The notes under the pieces were generated by a model. That model saw only the letters and a program-made list of their open reading frames with translations. It made no database searches and had not been told where the DNA came from. This document shows positions 23,792 to 25,240 of a stretch of 25,240 nt of DNA, in pieces (the first letter of the stretch is position 1; the number at the start of each line of letters is the position of its first letter). Both the position numbers and the translations under genes were made by a program. Source of the stretch: a virus; IMG/VR virus record IMGVR_UViG_3300019487_000022, positions 1-25,240 of that record; one strand, 5' to 3'.

Positions 23792-25240
23792 TTACGAAGC
23801 AACTTCTCCCGAATCATCCCATACATTCCCGTTCCATTGCTCAATAGTATCAATAGAACGAATCCCGTATTGGTAATCTCTGCCAAAACGATTGTTTATA
23901 ACCTTTAGCCCATCTACTCCCCTCGCATAAATCGTGTAATTACCACCATTTAACCAATTATTTTCAATAGTTATATTACTAATAGGTCCACTATCTTCTT
24001 TGAGAAAAACGGCAGCATTGCTTTTTGTCCCAGGAATATCTTTAGGAATATCAAAAAAGTTATTCCTAAAGATCATATTATTACCGTGTGTAAGCTGAAT
24101 GGCATCAGCATGCGCACTTGTATTTAATCCTAGATGATGAATCCAACAATTTTCAATAACATTGTTGTTTCGAGGATTAATCCCGTCTGTACCTGAATTA
24201 TGTATTTCTAAATTTCTGGCAGTAAAGTCCCAACCTGTTAATAATGCACCACTTGCTGATGTGCCAGAAAGTTCACCGTCTTCAATTAAGGCTGAACCTC
24301 CTTCAAATACCTTGATACCATAAGAACCGCTTGTGTTAAGAGTGAAATTTCTAATTATAACGTTCTTTGCATATACAAAAATTCTTCCTGTGATATTTAC
24401 ATTTTCAAGAACAAATCCATCCTGCGTTATATCCATATTGCCGATATTAGCAAAATTCGAAGGGTTACTGGTTGGGCCAGTATTATTAGGACCAGGTTTC
24501 GATGCTGGTTGTGGATCAGGATCTGGATTCGGGTTTGGATTTGGATTAGGGTTATTACCTGCCGGAGTTATCTCAATGAAAGCAACTTTGTTATTACTTG
24601 ATCCCGATGCGTTACTAACGGTTAATTTTCCATCTGTTACATTAACAGTAACATTACCTTCAATAAATCTATTTGTAGAGGTTGGCGTACCATTGACAGC
24701 TAAAACACCTTCAACATTAATTCTATAAATGCTATTAAAATAACTTGGATCTCCTGCAACTAACTTGACGTTATATGACCCATTAGGCAAACCTATTTCC
24801 CAAGTTCTGGTTCCATAGTTTTGCATATGATTAATTGTATCTAATCTTTGATCTGTTAATACTCCGCGATCCCTCGCATTTGGATTAGACTGATTCCAAC
24901 CGTAACTATAATTTCCTCTGTTTCCAAATACTAAACCTGTATCGGGTAAATAACCAGTGGGAACAGTTGAACCTGCTGGCAGAAAATCAACTCGTATTGT
25001 TTCTTCTGTAGGAGTTTCTGGCAAATCATTATCATCTTCTACAACCGTTAACGTTTTAGAAGTTAAATTTGGGGATGCAAATGTAAAAGATGCAGTTCCA
25101 TTTGTTGTGTCACTGTCTTCACTTGCATTAAATGTAATTACTTGAGGTTGATTCCAATTTTGGGGAGTAAATGTTACAGAGGATGAAGTAGTGGTTAAGT
25201 TCCCATCTCCGTTTTGTTTATTAATATTGACTGTAATATT
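23792..25240 (-). CDS. Partial (5' end outside window) multidomain protein: Calx-beta/Ig-like + carbohydrate-binding beta-sandwich + right-handed beta-helix
   Basis: The frame is open to 25240 (483 codons). Motifs: VTFTPQNWNQPQVIT...EDDND; GYLPDTG...SYGWN...WEIGLPNGSYNV; NP linker; KPGPNNTGP...HADAIQ...NNWLNGGNYTIY. Confidence 0.85.
   Translation of the reverse strand, partial: NITVNINKQNGDGNLTTTSSSVTFTPQNWNQPQVITFNASEDSDTTNGTASFTFASPNLTSKTLTVVEDDNDLPETPTEETIRVDFLPAGSTVPTGYLPDTGLVFGNRGNYSYGWNQSNPNARDRGVLTDQRLDTINHMQNYGTRTWEIGLPNGSYNVKLVAGDPSYFNSIYRINVEGVLAVNGTPTSTNRFIEGNVTVNVTDGKLTVSNASGSSNNKVAFIEITPAGNNPNPNPNPNPDPDPQPASKPGPNNTGPTSNPSNFANIGNMDITQDGFVLENVNITGRIFVYAKNVIIRNFTLNTSGSYGIKVFEGGSALIEDGELSGTSASGALLTGWDFTARNLEIHNSGTDGINPRNNNVIENCWIHHLGLNTSAHADAIQLTHGNNMIFRNNFFDIPKDIPGTKSNAAVFLKEDSGPISNITIENNWLNGGNYTIYARGVDGLKVINNRFGRDYQYGIRSIDTIEQWNGNVWDDSGEVAS
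24506..24556 (-). repeat. Asn/Asp-Pro linker repeat
   Basis: NNPNPNPNPNPDPDPQP between domains. Confidence 0.9.

Noticed and set aside
15427-25145. Shadow ORFs at 15427, 21567, 22226, 22323, 22457, 22540, 23126, 23514, 23665, 24333, 24957
   Set aside because: They overlap real genes; several arise simply from the higher GC of tnpB.
1-25240. Stop-codon reassignment
   Set aside because: TAA, TAG and TGA all end genes at sensible domain boundaries with coupled downstream starts; coding density is high in the standard code.
1-25240. CRISPR array, rRNA, reverse transcriptase/DGR
   Set aside because: No spaced direct repeats, rRNA signatures or RT motifs seen; the only repeats are coding SGY/NP tracts and duplicated domains.

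Overview
AT-rich (roughly 25-30% GC by eye), gene-dense window read in the standard genetic code, almost all on the minus strand. There are no cellular housekeeping genes. Phage-type modules are present (terminase-like ATPase, phage pyrophosphatase domain, DUF5661-like protein, family-4 UDG, tail-fibre-like motif), so it is most plausibly part of a large/jumbo phage genome (inference). The left half (1-12.7 kb) is a glycosylation island. Its core is a ~1978-aa nine-domain megaenzyme (2x GT2, 2x GT17-like, 5x SAM methyltransferase). It also carries a GT2, a GT9 split across two genes, a degenerate GT9, a GT4 and an atypical subtilase, and ends next to a Ser-Gly-Tyr repeat protein that could be the acceptor. 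The right half has small hypotheticals, a hairpin-rich 520-bp intergenic region, an inverted two-gene cassette (SAM-like protein + vWA fusion), a terminase-ATPase/RHH fusion and a C39-like lipoprotein. It also has a high-GC TnpB element whose guide flank is a truncated pyrophosphatase gene, and a partial carbohydrate-binding/beta-helix protein. A recurring promoter-like motif (AAG[G/T]-N16 to N18-CGA[A/T]) precedes at least six genes. All family assignments come from motif recognition by eye, not database searches.
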